Source of the DNA: an uncultured Fibrobacteraceae bacterium | GTDB taxonomy: Bacteria; Krumholzibacteriota; Krumholzibacteriia; LZORAL124-64-63 | Length of the DNA: 64,000 nucleotides | NCBI GenBank assembly: GCA_964343835.1 | Contig: CAYFKR010000014.1 | Location: 32,406-96,405, forward strand | Reading direction: 5' to 3' | In this document: piece by piece, positions 50,130-61,929 of the stretch | How the letters are laid out: each line of letters starts with the position of its first letter | How positions within the stretch are numbered: the stretch's first letter is position 1 | Made by a program: the position numbers and the translations under genes | Notes under the pieces: generated by a model | The model's input: the letters and a program-made list of their open reading frames with translations, nothing else | Database searches by the model: none | What the model was told of the DNA's origin: nothing

Positions 50130-52327
50130 CTAGGGCCTCCAGGCGTACCCCACCTTCAGGAACCACGTCCGGTCGTGGACCGTCAGCTCGGTGACCTCGT
50201 CGCCGAGCCGGCGGTCCGTCGTGCCCAGGAACAGCACCGTGCGCGGGTTGGCGCGGAAGCTGTAGAGGAACTGGGAGAAGAGGGTGCGGTCCTCGGCCAG
50301 CACTGGGAAGGGGAAGCGGTCCGTGTCCAGGGCCACGTCCTCCAGCTGGACGGTCCAGCGCAAGTGGCTGCGGCTGGACAGGGCGAACTGGAAGCGGGCG
50401 TCGGTCTGGTCGACGGTGAGCATGCGGCCGCCGCCGGCGTCCAGGGCATAGCGTACGTGGCTGGCGATCACCGACACGCGGGGCGTCGGGGTCCAGGTCA
50501 CGCCGGGGCCGGCGCCCCAGGAGGTGGCGGATCGGGCGTTGTAGTAGTCGATGTCGTCGCCGCCCCAGGCCATGACCCAGGCCCACAGGGCGTCGTGGGG
50601 TCGGAAGCCGGCCTTGCCGCGGATGATGGTCTGATCGAAGTCCGTGCCGGCGAAGCGCTCGCGGAGCAGGTCCGTCGCCAACCACAGTCGCGACTGCATG
50701 GGCCCCATCACGTTCAGCTCGGCGCGCAGTTCGCGGTCGGTGAGGGTGCCGTCGATGTCGCGGACCTCGGTGCCGTGGACACCGGCCCCGATGAAGTGCA
50801 CACCCTTGCCGGCCTCGCGCCACCAGCTCCGCCACACGCCCAGGTCGCGCTGCTCCATGTCCACGCGGGGGAGGAACCCCAGGTCGGCACGGAAGTCGCG
50901 GCCGGTGCGTTGCCAGCCGGCGAGCCAGCTCCAGAGGCGGCCGTCGCGGCTGTAGATCATGGAGACGGAGGTGTCGTCCAGGTCGGCGGCGCCGCCCAGC
51001 ACGGCGGCGGTGCCGGCGTCCAGACTCGTCGAGGCCACCAGCGCCTGCACGTCCAGCTCGTGGCCGCCGCCGGGGCGCACCACGGCGTCCAGGCCGCCCA
51101 CGATGTTGCGGTAGCCGTCGGCGTCGCGGGCGGTGAGCAGGGCTCCCACCGTCGAGCCCTCGCCCACGTCGCGGCGCCAGCGGGCGGCGGCGGACGTGTT
51201 CTCGCGCTCGAGGGTCTCCATGCGGGAGCGGCCACCTTCGTAGATCAGCATGTTGGTCCAGCGGTCGCGGGCGGCGAAGGCGCCGAAGGCGTTGGCCCCC
51301 TCCTTGCCGCTCACCTTGGCCACCCAGTCCGGGTCCACGACCATGCGGGTGTAGACGGCGTCCTGGTAGGTCTCGAAGAGGTCGGCGCCCTCCAGGAAGA
51401 CGGGGCGCTTCTCCTCGTATTCCAGGGCCCAGCGGGTGTTCACGTCGAGCTGGAGCTCGTCGGCCTCCACCTGGGAGAAGTCGGGGTTGAGGGCGGCGTC
51501 GATGCTGGTGTTGGGCGTGGGACCCCAGCGGGCCGAGAGGCCCAGATCCCAGACCGGGCGGCCGGAATGCATGTCGCCGTCGGGGAAGGGGGCGCGCTCG
51601 TCGGTGCGACTGGCCGTGTAGGTGGGGGTGAGCTCCAGGTTGCGGCCGGCGCTGATGCCGGCGAAGCCGCGCAGGTCGGTGGCCATGCAGAGCTCGCAGT
51701 CCTCGTCCGGGTCGATGGGCGAGGAGCACGTGAGGCGGGCCACGGAGCGGGGATGATGGCGGAAGCCCAGGAATCCCCACACGGCGGGCTCGTCGGAACC
51801 TTCGTAGCGCAGCGACGAAAAGGGCACGGCGATCTCCACGCAGTATCCGGTCGAGTCCACGGCGGCGGCGGAGGACCACACGGCGTCCCAGGCCGCGTCG
51901 TCGGGTTCGGCGGCGGTCTCGCTGCGGGTCAGGTCCATCTGCACGCCGCCGGCGCTGACCAGGAACTGGAAGCCGCGGCGGCGGTCGGCGAAGGGGTCCA
52001 CCACTACGCCGACCCAGTCGTCGTCGAACCCGTCGTCGCGCTCGGCGAGGTTGGCGCGGATGCGGTCGGGCTCCGGGTCGAGGGCGCGGAAGGCCACGTA
52101 GAGGGCGCCGTTGTCGTGAGTGACCAGGCAGGTGGTGGCCACCGCGGCGGGGGTGCGGTCGCCGGGGTCGATCTCCCAGGAGAGGTCGAGGGGGACGGCC
52201 ACGGACCAGCAGGGGTCGTCCAGCACGCCGTCCAGGATGGGCGGGGCGTCGCATGGCACGACGTCGAGGGCGGCGAGGGCGGACAGGGGGATCAGCAGGA
52301 CGATCAGGGCTTGGGCGATGCGCAGCA
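50130..52327 (-). CDS. DUF5916-type protein with an N-terminal CBM9-like/DOMON domain
   Basis: ILDGVLDDPCW...DNGALYVAFRALDPEP...DWVGVVVDP resembles the carbohydrate-binding family 9-like domain. A large beta-rich C-terminal region follows. GTG start 5 nt after GGAAGGAG. Confidence 0.5.
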
Positions 52328-52399
52328 CTCGGGCTCCTTCCCGTAGGGGTGGGAAGGAAGCACGGTGCCACAAACCGGGTCTGCGATCAAGACCGGGGG

Positions 52400-53206
52400 T
52401 CAGGCGTCCTCGTCGTCCGGGATCACCGAGAAGTCCGGCTTGTCGCCCACCAGGTAGGCGGCCAGGGCGGCGGACGTCTCCTGGGACTCCCAGCACTTCT
52501 CCTGGGCCTCGAATTCCAGCGACAAGGCCGTGGTCAGGTCGAACTGCATGGACTGCTGGACCGTCATCTTGCACATGTGGGCCGCAGGCTGCGGGATGGC
52601 CGCGATGCGCTCGAGCAGACCCTCGACGGTCTCGTCCCAGGCGTCGGGATCCACCAGACGATCCACCAGGCCCATGGCGTGGGCCTCCTCGGCGCCCACC
52701 GAGCGGCCGGACCACATCATCTCCAAGGTGCGGCCGGCGCCCATGCGGCGGGGCAGCAAGTGGCTCAGGCCCCAGTCGGGAACCATGCCCAGGGACGTTC
52801 CGCCCATGGCGAAGGTGGCCGACGGGGCGGCCAGCCGCACGTCCGTATTCATGATCAGTCCGAAGCCGGCGTCGCGGACCTCGCCGGTGACGGCGGAGAT
52901 CACGGGCTTGGCCAGGTCCTGGAGCAGGAAGATGATGCGGCGGGCGGTGTCCATGTCGCCGGCCATGCGGCCGGGGCCTTCGCCGGAGGGCCAGCTCTCG
53001 GCCACGCCGTGCATGTCGAAGGCCATGTCGAAGGGGCCCCCCGCGTCGCTGAACAGGATCACGCGGACCACGCGGTCCTCCTGCAGGCGCAGGAGCAGGT
53101 CCACCAGCTCGTCGCAGACCTCGCCGGCGGGAGCGTCGCCGGCTCCCAGGAGCGAGACGCGGGCGGCGCCGTCGCGGATGTCGCAGTCCAGGTATTCGTA
53201 ATTCAT
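52400..53206 (-). CDS. enoyl-CoA hydratase/isomerase (crotonase) family protein
   Basis: Crotonase-fold oxyanion regions (FSDAGGPFDMAFDM, AVTGEVRDAGFGLIMNTDVRLA). GGAAGG RBS. Confidence 0.7.
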   Translation of the reverse strand: MNYEYLDCDIRDGAARVSLLGAGDAPAGEVCDELVDLLLRLQEDRVVRVILFSDAGGPFDMAFDMHGVAESWPSGEGPGRMAGDMDTARRIIFLLQDLAKPVISAVTGEVRDAGFGLIMNTDVRLAAPSATFAMGGTSLGMVPDWGLSHLLPRRMGAGRTLEMMWSGRSVGAEEAHAMGLVDRLVDPDAWDETVEGLLERIAAIPQPAAHMCKMTVQQSMQFDLTTALSLEFEAQEKCWESQETSAALAAYLVGDKPDFSVIPDDEDA

Positions 53207-53362
53207 CGGGGAGCCTTCCGGGTTCGGAGCGTCGCCCGATCGCGACGCTTCCGGGGGACGTTAGCCGCGGGACACCGGAAAGTCAACGCGGCCGGGGGGA
53301 GTGTGGACAGCGGGGCCGTCGGACCGTATGGTGGGTCCTCGAACCGAGGAGGAACCGGCTCC

Positions 53363-54271
53363 ATGAAGATCGTCCTGACCGGAGGCTCCGGCCTGATCGG
53401 CCGGCATCTGTGCGCCGAACTCGTCGCCCGAGGCGACGAGGTGATCTGCCTGTCCCGCCGGGCCGAACGGGCCCGCGTCAAGCTGCCCCCCGGCGTCGCG
53501 GTGATCGAGGCCGATACCGCCGTGGCTGGCCCCTGGCAGGATTCCATCGCCGACTGCGACGCCGTGGTGAACCTGGCCGGCGAGTCCCTCTCGTCGGGGC
53601 GCTGGACGTCCGGCCGCAAGCGCGCGTTCCGCCGCTCCCGCCTCGAAACGACCCGCCGCGTGGCCGAGGCCGTGCGCCGCGGCGACCGCTGCCGCACCTT
53701 CATCAGCGCCTCGGCCGTGGGCATCTACGGCGACGGCGGCCGCGAGCCCCAGTACGAGGAGCGCGAGGCCGCCGGCGACTTCCTGGGTCGCCTGGCCCAC
53801 GAGTGGGAGAGCTGCGCCCTGGACGCGTCGGACTCGGCACGGGTGGTGCTGACCCGCTTCGGCGTGATCCTCGCCCCAGACGGCGGCGCCCTGCGCGCCA
53901 TGCTGCCCGCCTTCCGCTGGGGCCTGGGCGGGCCGCTGGGCAACGGCAAGCAGTACCTGCCGTGGATCCACATCGACGACGTGATGCGGATCCTGCTCTA
54001 CATCCTCGACACCGACGACATCTCCGGCCCCGTCAACGTGGTCGCCCCCGACCCCCCGACCCAGCGCGAGTTCGCCAGGGCCCTGGGCGCCGCCCTCGGC
54101 CGCCCCGCCTCGCTGCCCGCCCCGGCCTGGGCCCTGCGTCTGCTGCTGGGCGAGATGGCCGACATGGTGCTCACCAGCTATCGCACCGTGCCCAAGGCCC
54201 TGCGCGCCCGGAGCTTCGCCTTCGAACACAAGGATCTCGACGTGGCCCTGAAGGGGTTGTTGGATCGCTGA
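53363..54271 (+). CDS. TIGR01777-family NAD-dependent epimerase/dehydratase (YfcH-like, with C-terminal DUF1731)
   Basis: MKIVLTGGSGLIGRHL Rossmann N-terminus, YLPWIHIDD, and a C-terminal DUF1731-like tail. GAGGAGG RBS. Confidence 0.75.
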   Translation: MKIVLTGGSGLIGRHLCAELVARGDEVICLSRRAERARVKLPPGVAVIEADTAVAGPWQDSIADCDAVVNLAGESLSSGRWTSGRKRAFRRSRLETTRRVAEAVRRGDRCRTFISASAVGIYGDGGREPQYEEREAAGDFLGRLAHEWESCALDASDSARVVLTRFGVILAPDGGALRAMLPAFRWGLGGPLGNGKQYLPWIHIDDVMRILLYILDTDDISGPVNVVAPDPPTQREFARALGAALGRPASLPAPAWALRLLLGEMADMVLTSYRTVPKALRARSFAFEHKDLDVALKGLLDR

Positions 54272-54356
54272 GGGCTCGTTCGTATGGTGTGGACGGGCCC
54301 CGGTGTCGTATGCTGACGGGGATCCGAACCACCATCCCGACACCACGGAGACATCC

Positions 54357-55005
54357 ATGTTCCTGCGCCGCATCGCCCCGCTGTTCCTGCTGCTGCTGAC
54401 CGCCCTGCCCGCCGCCGCCGACTGGTGGCCGCTGGAGTACGGGTGGACCTGGATCTACTACAGCGACGAGTTCGAGTCCAACCTGGAGCTCGACGTGATG
54501 GAGACGCCGGTGATGGTACGCGGCGTGGCGACCACCGAGCTGCGCTACCGCCGCAGCAACGCCACAGACAGCACGGAGTACAGCCGCTTCGTCACCGAGA
54601 CTCCGGAGGGCGACGTGTACCTGCACGGCCGCCAGGACGTCCAGGATCCTCGACGTCCCCCTGGAGATGGACAAGATCTGGTCCACGCGCTATGCCGAAT
54701 ACGAGGGATTGCTGGAAGGCGGGCCGCTGGTGCAGCGCTGGATCGAGACGTACACGGTCAACGAGGAGTACTTCCACTCCGACTGGACCGGTCCGACCCT
54801 CCACTGCCTCGGCCTGACCCAGGAGATCAGCATCCAGACGGCGGCGGGCGTCGCCGAAACGGGCTCGACCCGCAACGCCAACCTCTTCTACAACGACGGC
54901 GTGGGGCTGGTGATCAGCAATACGTTCCGGATGACGGGGTACAACTGGCAGGTGTCGGCGGAGTCGATGACCTGGTCGGATCTCAAGGTCCGGTTCAGCG
55001 ACTAG
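54357..55005 (+). pseudogene. secreted hypothetical protein, apparent +1 frameshift near 54640..54670 (frame 0 N-terminus with signal peptide, frame +1 C-terminus)
   Basis: The N-terminus MFLRRIAPLFLLLLTALPAAADWWP has GGAG 7 nt upstream. The C-terminal 112 aa are in the +1 frame and end 3 nt from the convergent gene stop. Both frames stay open through the junction, so the exact shift position cannot be determined. Confidence 0.35.
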
Positions 55006-56186
55006 CCCACCACGAACGCATCCGCCTCCACGTCCCCGTTCGCGAACCGCGACAGCGACAGCGACTCCACGATGTCGTCCGGCTTCCCGGAGACGATCGT
55101 CTCGGCCATGCGCGACGCCGCCACGGGCGCCAGCATGAAGCCGTGTCCGCTGAATCCGCAGATGTGCCGGTAGCCTTCGAGACCCTCGACGCCGCCCAGG
55201 ATGGGCCGGTGGTCGGGGGTCACGTCGTACATGCCGGCCCACTGGCGCATCATGCGCAGGGTGCGGGCGGGGGGCCAGTAGCCGATCAGCGCCTTGGCGA
55301 AGCGCACGGCGAAGCGGAGCTGGCTGCGGGTGTCGAAGTCCTCGGGCCTGTCCCAGTGGGGCTCGCCCGGATCGCCGATGCCGCCCACGATCTCGCCGCG
55401 CATGCTCTGGCTGAAGTAGATGCCGTTGCTGATGGAGATCACCATGGGGTCCAGGAACGGCTTGCAGGACTCGCTCACCATGATCTCGTGGCGCTCCTGC
55501 CGGTTGGGCAGGTCCACGCCCACCTTGGCCGCCAGGGTGCGGGCCCAGGGGCCGGCGCAGTTGATGAGCAGGGGGGTGGCGATCTCGCCACGGCTGGTGG
55601 ACACGCCGGTCACCTTGTCGCCGTCGGTGCGCACGTCGTGGACCTCGGTCCGGATGAAGATCTTCACGCCGCGACGCCGGCATGCCCGCGCGTAGCCCCA
55701 CACCACGGAGAACGGATAGGCGGTGCCGTCCTTGGGGCAGAAGGTGGCGCCCTTCACGTTCGAGATGTCCAGCTGCGGCACGATCTTCAGGCAGTCCTCG
55801 GGCTGCAGGAACTCCGTGGGCACGCTGCAGCGGTTCTGCAGGTCCACGGCCTTGCGCAGGCCGTCGAGGTGAGCCTCGTCGTCGGTGACCATCAGGTAGC
55901 CGCCCTGGCGGAAGAAGGTCTGCAGACCCAGTTCCGACGCCAGGTTCTCGTACGCGGCTACGCTCTCCTGGGCCAGGCGGATGTTGGCCTCGGTGGTCCA
56001 CTGCTGGCGGATGCCGCCGCCGCAGCGGCCGGTGGACCCGCTGCCAAGGTACGCCTTCTCCAGCACCACGATGTCGCGCATGCCGCGCTTGCTCAGCTCG
56101 TAGGCCACGGCCAGACCGTTCACGCCGCCGCCCACGATGACCGCGTCGGCCTTGTAGGGCACGGGGCTGTCGGGCAGGGGGATCAT
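55002..56186 (-). CDS. FAD-dependent oxidoreductase, DAO family (HcnC / sarcosine oxidase beta / opine oxidase B-like)
   Basis: VIVGGGVNGLAVAYEL dinucleotide fold, 394 aa, GFSGHGF near the C-terminus. GGAGG RBS. Its start overlaps the upstream stop. Confidence 0.8.
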   Translation of the reverse strand: MIPLPDSPVPYKADAVIVGGGVNGLAVAYELSKRGMRDIVVLEKAYLGSGSTGRCGGGIRQQWTTEANIRLAQESVAAYENLASELGLQTFFRQGGYLMVTDDEAHLDGLRKAVDLQNRCSVPTEFLQPEDCLKIVPQLDISNVKGATFCPKDGTAYPFSVVWGYARACRRRGVKIFIRTEVHDVRTDGDKVTGVSTSRGEIATPLLINCAGPWARTLAAKVGVDLPNRQERHEIMVSESCKPFLDPMVISISNGIYFSQSMRGEIVGGIGDPGEPHWDRPEDFDTRSQLRFAVRFAKALIGYWPPARTLRMMRQWAGMYDVTPDHRPILGGVEGLEGYRHICGFSGHGFMLAPVAASRMAETIVSGKPDDIVESLSLSRFANGDVEADAFVVG

Positions 56187-56496
56187 GCCTCCACCTCCGG
56201 TCCGGCGGTGCGCTCGAGCTCGGCCATCAGGGGCGTGACCTCCAGCGAGGCCAGCTCGCCGAACGTCAGGGGACGGGTGGGCGGACGGATGTTCGTCAGC
56301 GGGATCTCCGCGGGAGCCACGCCGCGCAGGTGCGCCAGCTCCGTGGCCGCCTCGCACAGGCATCCCTTGCCCTGACAGAACCCGGTGCCGACACCGGTGA
56401 AGCGCTTCAGGGATTCCATCTCGGTAAAGCCGTCGGCGTGGGCCTTGCGGAACTCCTCCACGGTCACGTCCTCGCAGCGGCACAGGATGCGCTTGC

Positions 56497-56500
<4 letters not shown>
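56183..56500 (-). CDS. small BFD-like [2Fe-2S]-binding protein (HcnA/OoxA-N-like)
   Basis: 105 aa with CRCE...CQGKGC four-Cys pattern. GTG start 7 nt after GGAGG. Overlaps both neighbours. Confidence 0.65.
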
Positions 56501-57852
<1,352 letters not shown>

Positions 57853-57956
57853 CGTCACCGAGGGTCCGGACACGGGGTGTTCCTTTCGCCGTGGACGCGC
57901 TGGAACGGCAAACATAGACGGGCGGATCGGGGCGGGCAAGGACGGTCGGACGATCG

Positions 57957-57974
57957 GTGAAAGTCCGCTTTCAC
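57957..57974. promoter_or_regulatory. 7-4-7 perfect palindrome GTGAAAG-tccg-CTTTCAC in the divergent promoter region between the oxidoreductase operon and the glutamine synthetase gene
   Basis: Seen directly in the sequence, in a 197-nt intergenic region. Candidate dimeric regulator operator. Confidence 0.3.
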
Positions 57975-58049
57975 GGCGGCTGCGGCTGACTATATTTCTA
58001 GTCCGGGGCCGAACGCCCCGGTCAACCCCAGAGACCCCGGAGGGGCCCC

Positions 58050-59423
58050 ATGAGCACCGAATTCCAGCGCATCCGCAACCTGTGCGAAGAGCGCGGCGTC
58101 GAGTTCGTCGACTTCAAGGTCCTGGACCTGGTCGGCCGCCTGCACCACATCACCTTCCCGTTCGAGCGGTTCACGCCGGAGGTCATGGCTGAGGGCATCG
58201 GCTTCGACGGCTCCAGCTACGGGTTCCTCAAGGTCGAGGACAGCGACATGGTGCTGCTGCCCGACTACGGCACCGCCCAGATCGACCCGTTCCGCTCGCG
58301 CCCGACCCTGTCGCTGTTCGCGGACGTGAAGCACGTGGACGTCGAGCGCACGCCCTTCAACCAGGACGGCCGCCGTATCGTGCGCGCCGCCGAGCAGGCC
58401 CTGCGCGACCTCGGGATCGCCGACTCCACCCGCTGGATCCCCGAGTACGAGTTCCACATCTTCGACGAGGCCGAGTACCGCAACGGCGTGACCGAGTCCC
58501 ACTACAAGGTCAAGAGCGACGAGGACTTCTTCCAGAATGCCTACCACGCCTGCAATCCCCACGACAAACACGACGACTTTCGCGACGAGGTCTGCGCCCT
58601 GATGCAGGACCTGGGCATCCCCGTGCGCTACCACCACCACGAGGTGGGCGCCCAGGCCCAGCAGGAGATCGAGGGCTGGTTCGCCGACCTGCCGACCACC
58701 GCCGACCACGCCGTGCTCACCAAGTACCTGCTGTTCAACGCGGCGGAGCGTCACGGCCTGAAGGTCACCTTCATGCCCAAGCCCCTGTACGACAACGCGG
58801 GCAGCGGCTGGCACCTGCACCAGTACCTGGTGGACGCCGACGGCAACAACATCTTCGACGACCCCGACGGCTACGCCGGCCTGAGCCGCACGGCCCTCTA
58901 CTATGTGGGCGGCATCCTCAAGCACAGCCCCGCGCTCTGCGCCCTGACCAACCCGTCCACCAACTCGTACAAGCGGCTGGTGCCGGGCTTCGAGGCGCCC
59001 ACGGCCATCACCTTCGGGCGCAGCAACCGCGGCGCGGCCATCCGCATCCCGAGCTACGTGGCCGACCCGCAGCATCGGCGCATCGAGTACCGCCCACCGG
59101 ACTTCACGTGCAACCCGTACCTGGCCACGTCGGCCATCCTGATGGCGGGCATCGACGGCATCGTCAACGAGATCGATCCCTACGAGATGGGCTACCACCC
59201 CGAGGACGCCCCGTCGCAGGCGCAGAGGGGAGAGGTGGAGTTCCTGCCCCGGTCCCTGGCCGACGCCCTGGACGCCCTGGAGGCCGACCACGCCTTCCTC
59301 ACCCGGAACGACGTGTTCCCCGAGGTGCTGATCCGGCGCTGGCTCGAGATCAAGCACGACGAGATCCAGGCCATCAACCGGCGGCCGCATCCCTACGAGT
59401 TCACGATGTATTTTGACTTGTAG
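58050..59423 (+). CDS. glnA: glutamine synthetase family protein (type I fold)
   Basis: 457 aa. Beta-grasp N-terminus plus catalytic domain with GSGWHLHQ, NPYLA and ammonium/ATP-site-like motifs. GS type I layout. Confidence 0.75.
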   Translation: MSTEFQRIRNLCEERGVEFVDFKVLDLVGRLHHITFPFERFTPEVMAEGIGFDGSSYGFLKVEDSDMVLLPDYGTAQIDPFRSRPTLSLFADVKHVDVERTPFNQDGRRIVRAAEQALRDLGIADSTRWIPEYEFHIFDEAEYRNGVTESHYKVKSDEDFFQNAYHACNPHDKHDDFRDEVCALMQDLGIPVRYHHHEVGAQAQQEIEGWFADLPTTADHAVLTKYLLFNAAERHGLKVTFMPKPLYDNAGSGWHLHQYLVDADGNNIFDDPDGYAGLSRTALYYVGGILKHSPALCALTNPSTNSYKRLVPGFEAPTAITFGRSNRGAAIRIPSYVADPQHRRIEYRPPDFTCNPYLATSAILMAGIDGIVNEIDPYEMGYHPEDAPSQAQRGEVEFLPRSLADALDALEADHAFLTRNDVFPEVLIRRWLEIKHDEIQAINRRPHPYEFTMYFDL

Positions 59424-59495
59424 GTCCCATTTGTGGACAATGGGGGCCGGGCGGCAATCGTGCCGCCCGGCCCTTTTTCTCGCCGGAGGGGCTCC

Positions 59496-59912
59496 ATGAT
59501 CGAATTCCGGGTGCCGACCACCGGACGCACCGACTTCATCGATATCCAATCTCAGGTGCAGCGCGCCGTGTCCGATCTAGGATTGGTGGACGGCGCCGTG
59601 CTCGTGTGGGTCCCCCATACGACCGCCGGCGTGACCGTGAACGAGGGGGCCGATCCCGACGTGGTGCGGGACATGGCCGACGCCCTCGACGCCATCGTGC
59701 CGTGGAACAACGGCTGGCGTCACGCCGAGGGGAACACCGCCGCCCACGTCAAGAGCAGCCTCTACGGCTGCGACCAGATCGTCCACGTCCGCGACGGGCA
59801 GCTCGTGCTGGGCACGTGGCAGACGCTCTGGTTCTGCGAGTTCGACGGTCCGCGGCAACGGCGCGTCCAGGTGACGGCCCTGGCCGCGGGCTGGGAAGGC
59901 GTCCGGGAATGA
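59496..59912 (+). CDS. YjbQ/UPF0047 family protein (secondary thiamine-phosphate synthase-like)
   Basis: VWVPHTTAGVTVNE...DPDV..D....L....P....W.H..EGN.AAH is the YjbQ signature. GGAGGGG RBS. Confidence 0.75.
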   Translation: MIEFRVPTTGRTDFIDIQSQVQRAVSDLGLVDGAVLVWVPHTTAGVTVNEGADPDVVRDMADALDAIVPWNNGWRHAEGNTAAHVKSSLYGCDQIVHVRDGQLVLGTWQTLWFCEFDGPRQRRVQVTALAAGWEGVRE

Positions 59913-60682
59913 AGGAACACATCCACCTTCACAGGGCCTACAAGCGCCTGGGCGCCGCTCCGCGGGCGTCCACCACGGCGTTCCTGCTGCTGGTGGCGAT
60001 CCTCGACGCCATCGTCGTGATCTTCCACCGCACCCTGCTCGACGCCTTCGTGGAGCGCGTGGCCCGCCTGACCGCGTGGGCCGGCGTGGAGACCACCGTC
60101 ACCCGCTGGACCTTCCTGCCCCACTGGGTCACCGACATGCCCGTGCTGGACGCCGCCGCGTCGTTCCCGTCGTATCGGCTCTCGCTGACCACGTTCATCG
60201 TTTCGGTGCTTGTCGTGGTGATCGCGCCGCGGCTGCGGCCCATCCCCAAGGTGGTCCGGGTCTACGCGGTGTTCCTGAGCCTCCTGATGACCTGCTCCGC
60301 GGTGTTCTTCCTGTTCTGGCCCCACCGCTTCCCCTACGACGTGGTGGACTTCTCGCTGCTGTACATGGGCACCCAGCTCGGCATGTGGCTGCTGATGCCG
60401 GTGGTGATCGGCACCGCCCTGACGCCCATCCCCGCGCCGACCCTCGAGAAGTTCGGGGTGATCCTGGCGACGGTGGCCTACGGGGTGCTCTTCGGAGCCG
60501 TGCGCTACGCGGCCTTCCTGTTCCTGCTGCGGGAGCTGACGGTGCTCTCGATGGCGGCCATGTTCTTCGCACTCGGGCCGTTGATCGACTTCGTCTACAT
60601 GGTGGCCATCTACTCGCTGTACGTGAACGTCGTGGCGCTGAGGCTGCGCGACCGGCCGGAGGTCTGGCGATGGTCGTTCTGA
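59909..60682 (+). CDS. hypothetical polytopic membrane protein (about 7 to 8 TM helices)
   Basis: 257 aa, highly hydrophobic. ATGA overlap with yjbQ and a 13-nt overlap with the GT2 gene. No recognised domain. Confidence 0.45.
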   Translation: MKEHIHLHRAYKRLGAAPRASTTAFLLLVAILDAIVVIFHRTLLDAFVERVARLTAWAGVETTVTRWTFLPHWVTDMPVLDAAASFPSYRLSLTTFIVSVLVVVIAPRLRPIPKVVRVYAVFLSLLMTCSAVFFLFWPHRFPYDVVDFSLLYMGTQLGMWLLMPVVIGTALTPIPAPTLEKFGVILATVAYGVLFGAVRYAAFLFLLRELTVLSMAAMFFALGPLIDFVYMVAIYSLYVNVVALRLRDRPEVWRWSF

Positions 60683-61929
60683 TCCTCAAGCTCTACGTGA
60701 TCCTGGTGGTGCTGGTGATGTCGGTGTACGCGATGCGTCACTACTGGCTCACCCACAACCGCCTGCGCGGCGAGCAGCGCCTGTACTACCAGGACATCCT
60801 GGACGACGACCTGCCCCCGATCACCGTGCTGGTGCCGATGCACGACGAGGAGAAGGTGGCGCGGCAGTCCATCGAGGCCATCCTGGCCTGCGACTATCCG
60901 CGGCACCTGCTGCAGGTCATCCCCATTGACGACCACTCCACCGACCGCACGCCCGAGATCCTGGACGAGCTGGCCGCCGCCCACCCCGAGGTGCAGCCCC
61001 TGCACCGGCGCGAGGGTCTGCGCGGCAAGCCCGCCGCCCTGAACGACGCCCTGGAACTGGCCCACGCCAACGTCATCATCAACTTCGACGCGGACTACGT
61101 GCCCAACAAGGGCGCCCTGCGCGACCTCAGCCTGTCGTTCAAGGATCCCGAGGTGGGCGCGGTGATGGGCCGCGTGGTGCCGGTGAACACGCGCGCCAAC
61201 CTGCTGACGCGCCTGCTCGACCTGGAGCGCAGCGGCGGCTACCAGGTGGACCAGCAGGCCCGGCACAACCTCAAGCTCATGCCCCAGTACGGCGGCACCG
61301 TGGGCGCGTACCGCAAGGACCTGGTGCAGGCCCACGGCGGGTTCGACCCGCAGGTGCTTGCCGAGGACACCGACCTCACCTACCGCCTCTACATCGACGG
61401 CTGGAAGATCGTCTACGCCAACCGCGTGGAGTGCTTCGAGGAGGTGCCGGAGACCTGGGCGGTGCGCTCGCGCCAGATCCGTCGTTGGTCCCGTGGCCAC
61501 AACTTCGTGATGATGCGGCACTTCCGGCCGTTGCTGAAGTCGCCGTACCTGAACCGTCGCGAGAAGCTGGACGGCCTGCTGCTTCTGCTCATCTACATGG
61601 TGCCGGTGTTCCTGCTGACCGGCATCATCGACTCGGTGCTGCTGTTCTTCCTGGGCGAGATGCAGATCATCGAGAGCGTGCTCGTGTTCCTGTTCGTCGC
61701 CTCGTACAACTCGTTCGGCAACTTCGCCCCCTTCTACCAGATCGGCTCGGCGTCGCTGCTGGACGGCGTGACCCACCGCATCCGCCTGCTGCCCTTCCTG
61801 ATGTTCTACTTCCTGCTGAACATCTGGACCATCAGCAGCGGCTTCTTCATGGCGCTGCTCGACCGCATCCAGCGGCGCACGGCCACCTGGGACAAGACCC
61901 AGCGGTTCCGGCGCGAGGAGGCGACGTGA
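60670..61929 (+). CDS. family 2 processive beta-glycosyltransferase (cellulose/chitin/hyaluronan/PNAG synthase-like)
   Basis: N-terminal TM, then VLVPMHDEE, IDDHSTD, FDADY and the QIRRWSRG (QxxRW) motif, then 3 to 4 C-terminal TM helices. 419 aa. Confidence 0.8.
   Translation: MVVLILKLYVILVVLVMSVYAMRHYWLTHNRLRGEQRLYYQDILDDDLPPITVLVPMHDEEKVARQSIEAILACDYPRHLLQVIPIDDHSTDRTPEILDELAAAHPEVQPLHRREGLRGKPAALNDALELAHANVIINFDADYVPNKGALRDLSLSFKDPEVGAVMGRVVPVNTRANLLTRLLDLERSGGYQVDQQARHNLKLMPQYGGTVGAYRKDLVQAHGGFDPQVLAEDTDLTYRLYIDGWKIVYANRVECFEEVPETWAVRSRQIRRWSRGHNFVMMRHFRPLLKSPYLNRREKLDGLLLLLIYMVPVFLLTGIIDSVLLFFLGEMQIIESVLVFLFVASYNSFGNFAPFYQIGSASLLDGVTHRIRLLPFLMFYFLLNIWTISSGFFMALLDRIQRRTATWDKTQRFRREEAT

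Noticed and set aside
59909-60682. Idea that the polytopic membrane protein before the GT2 is an exosortase/archaeosortase
   Set aside because: Only a weak resemblance (TCSAVF versus the remembered exosortase Cys motif). No Arg/Asn signature could be confirmed. It is left as hypothetical.
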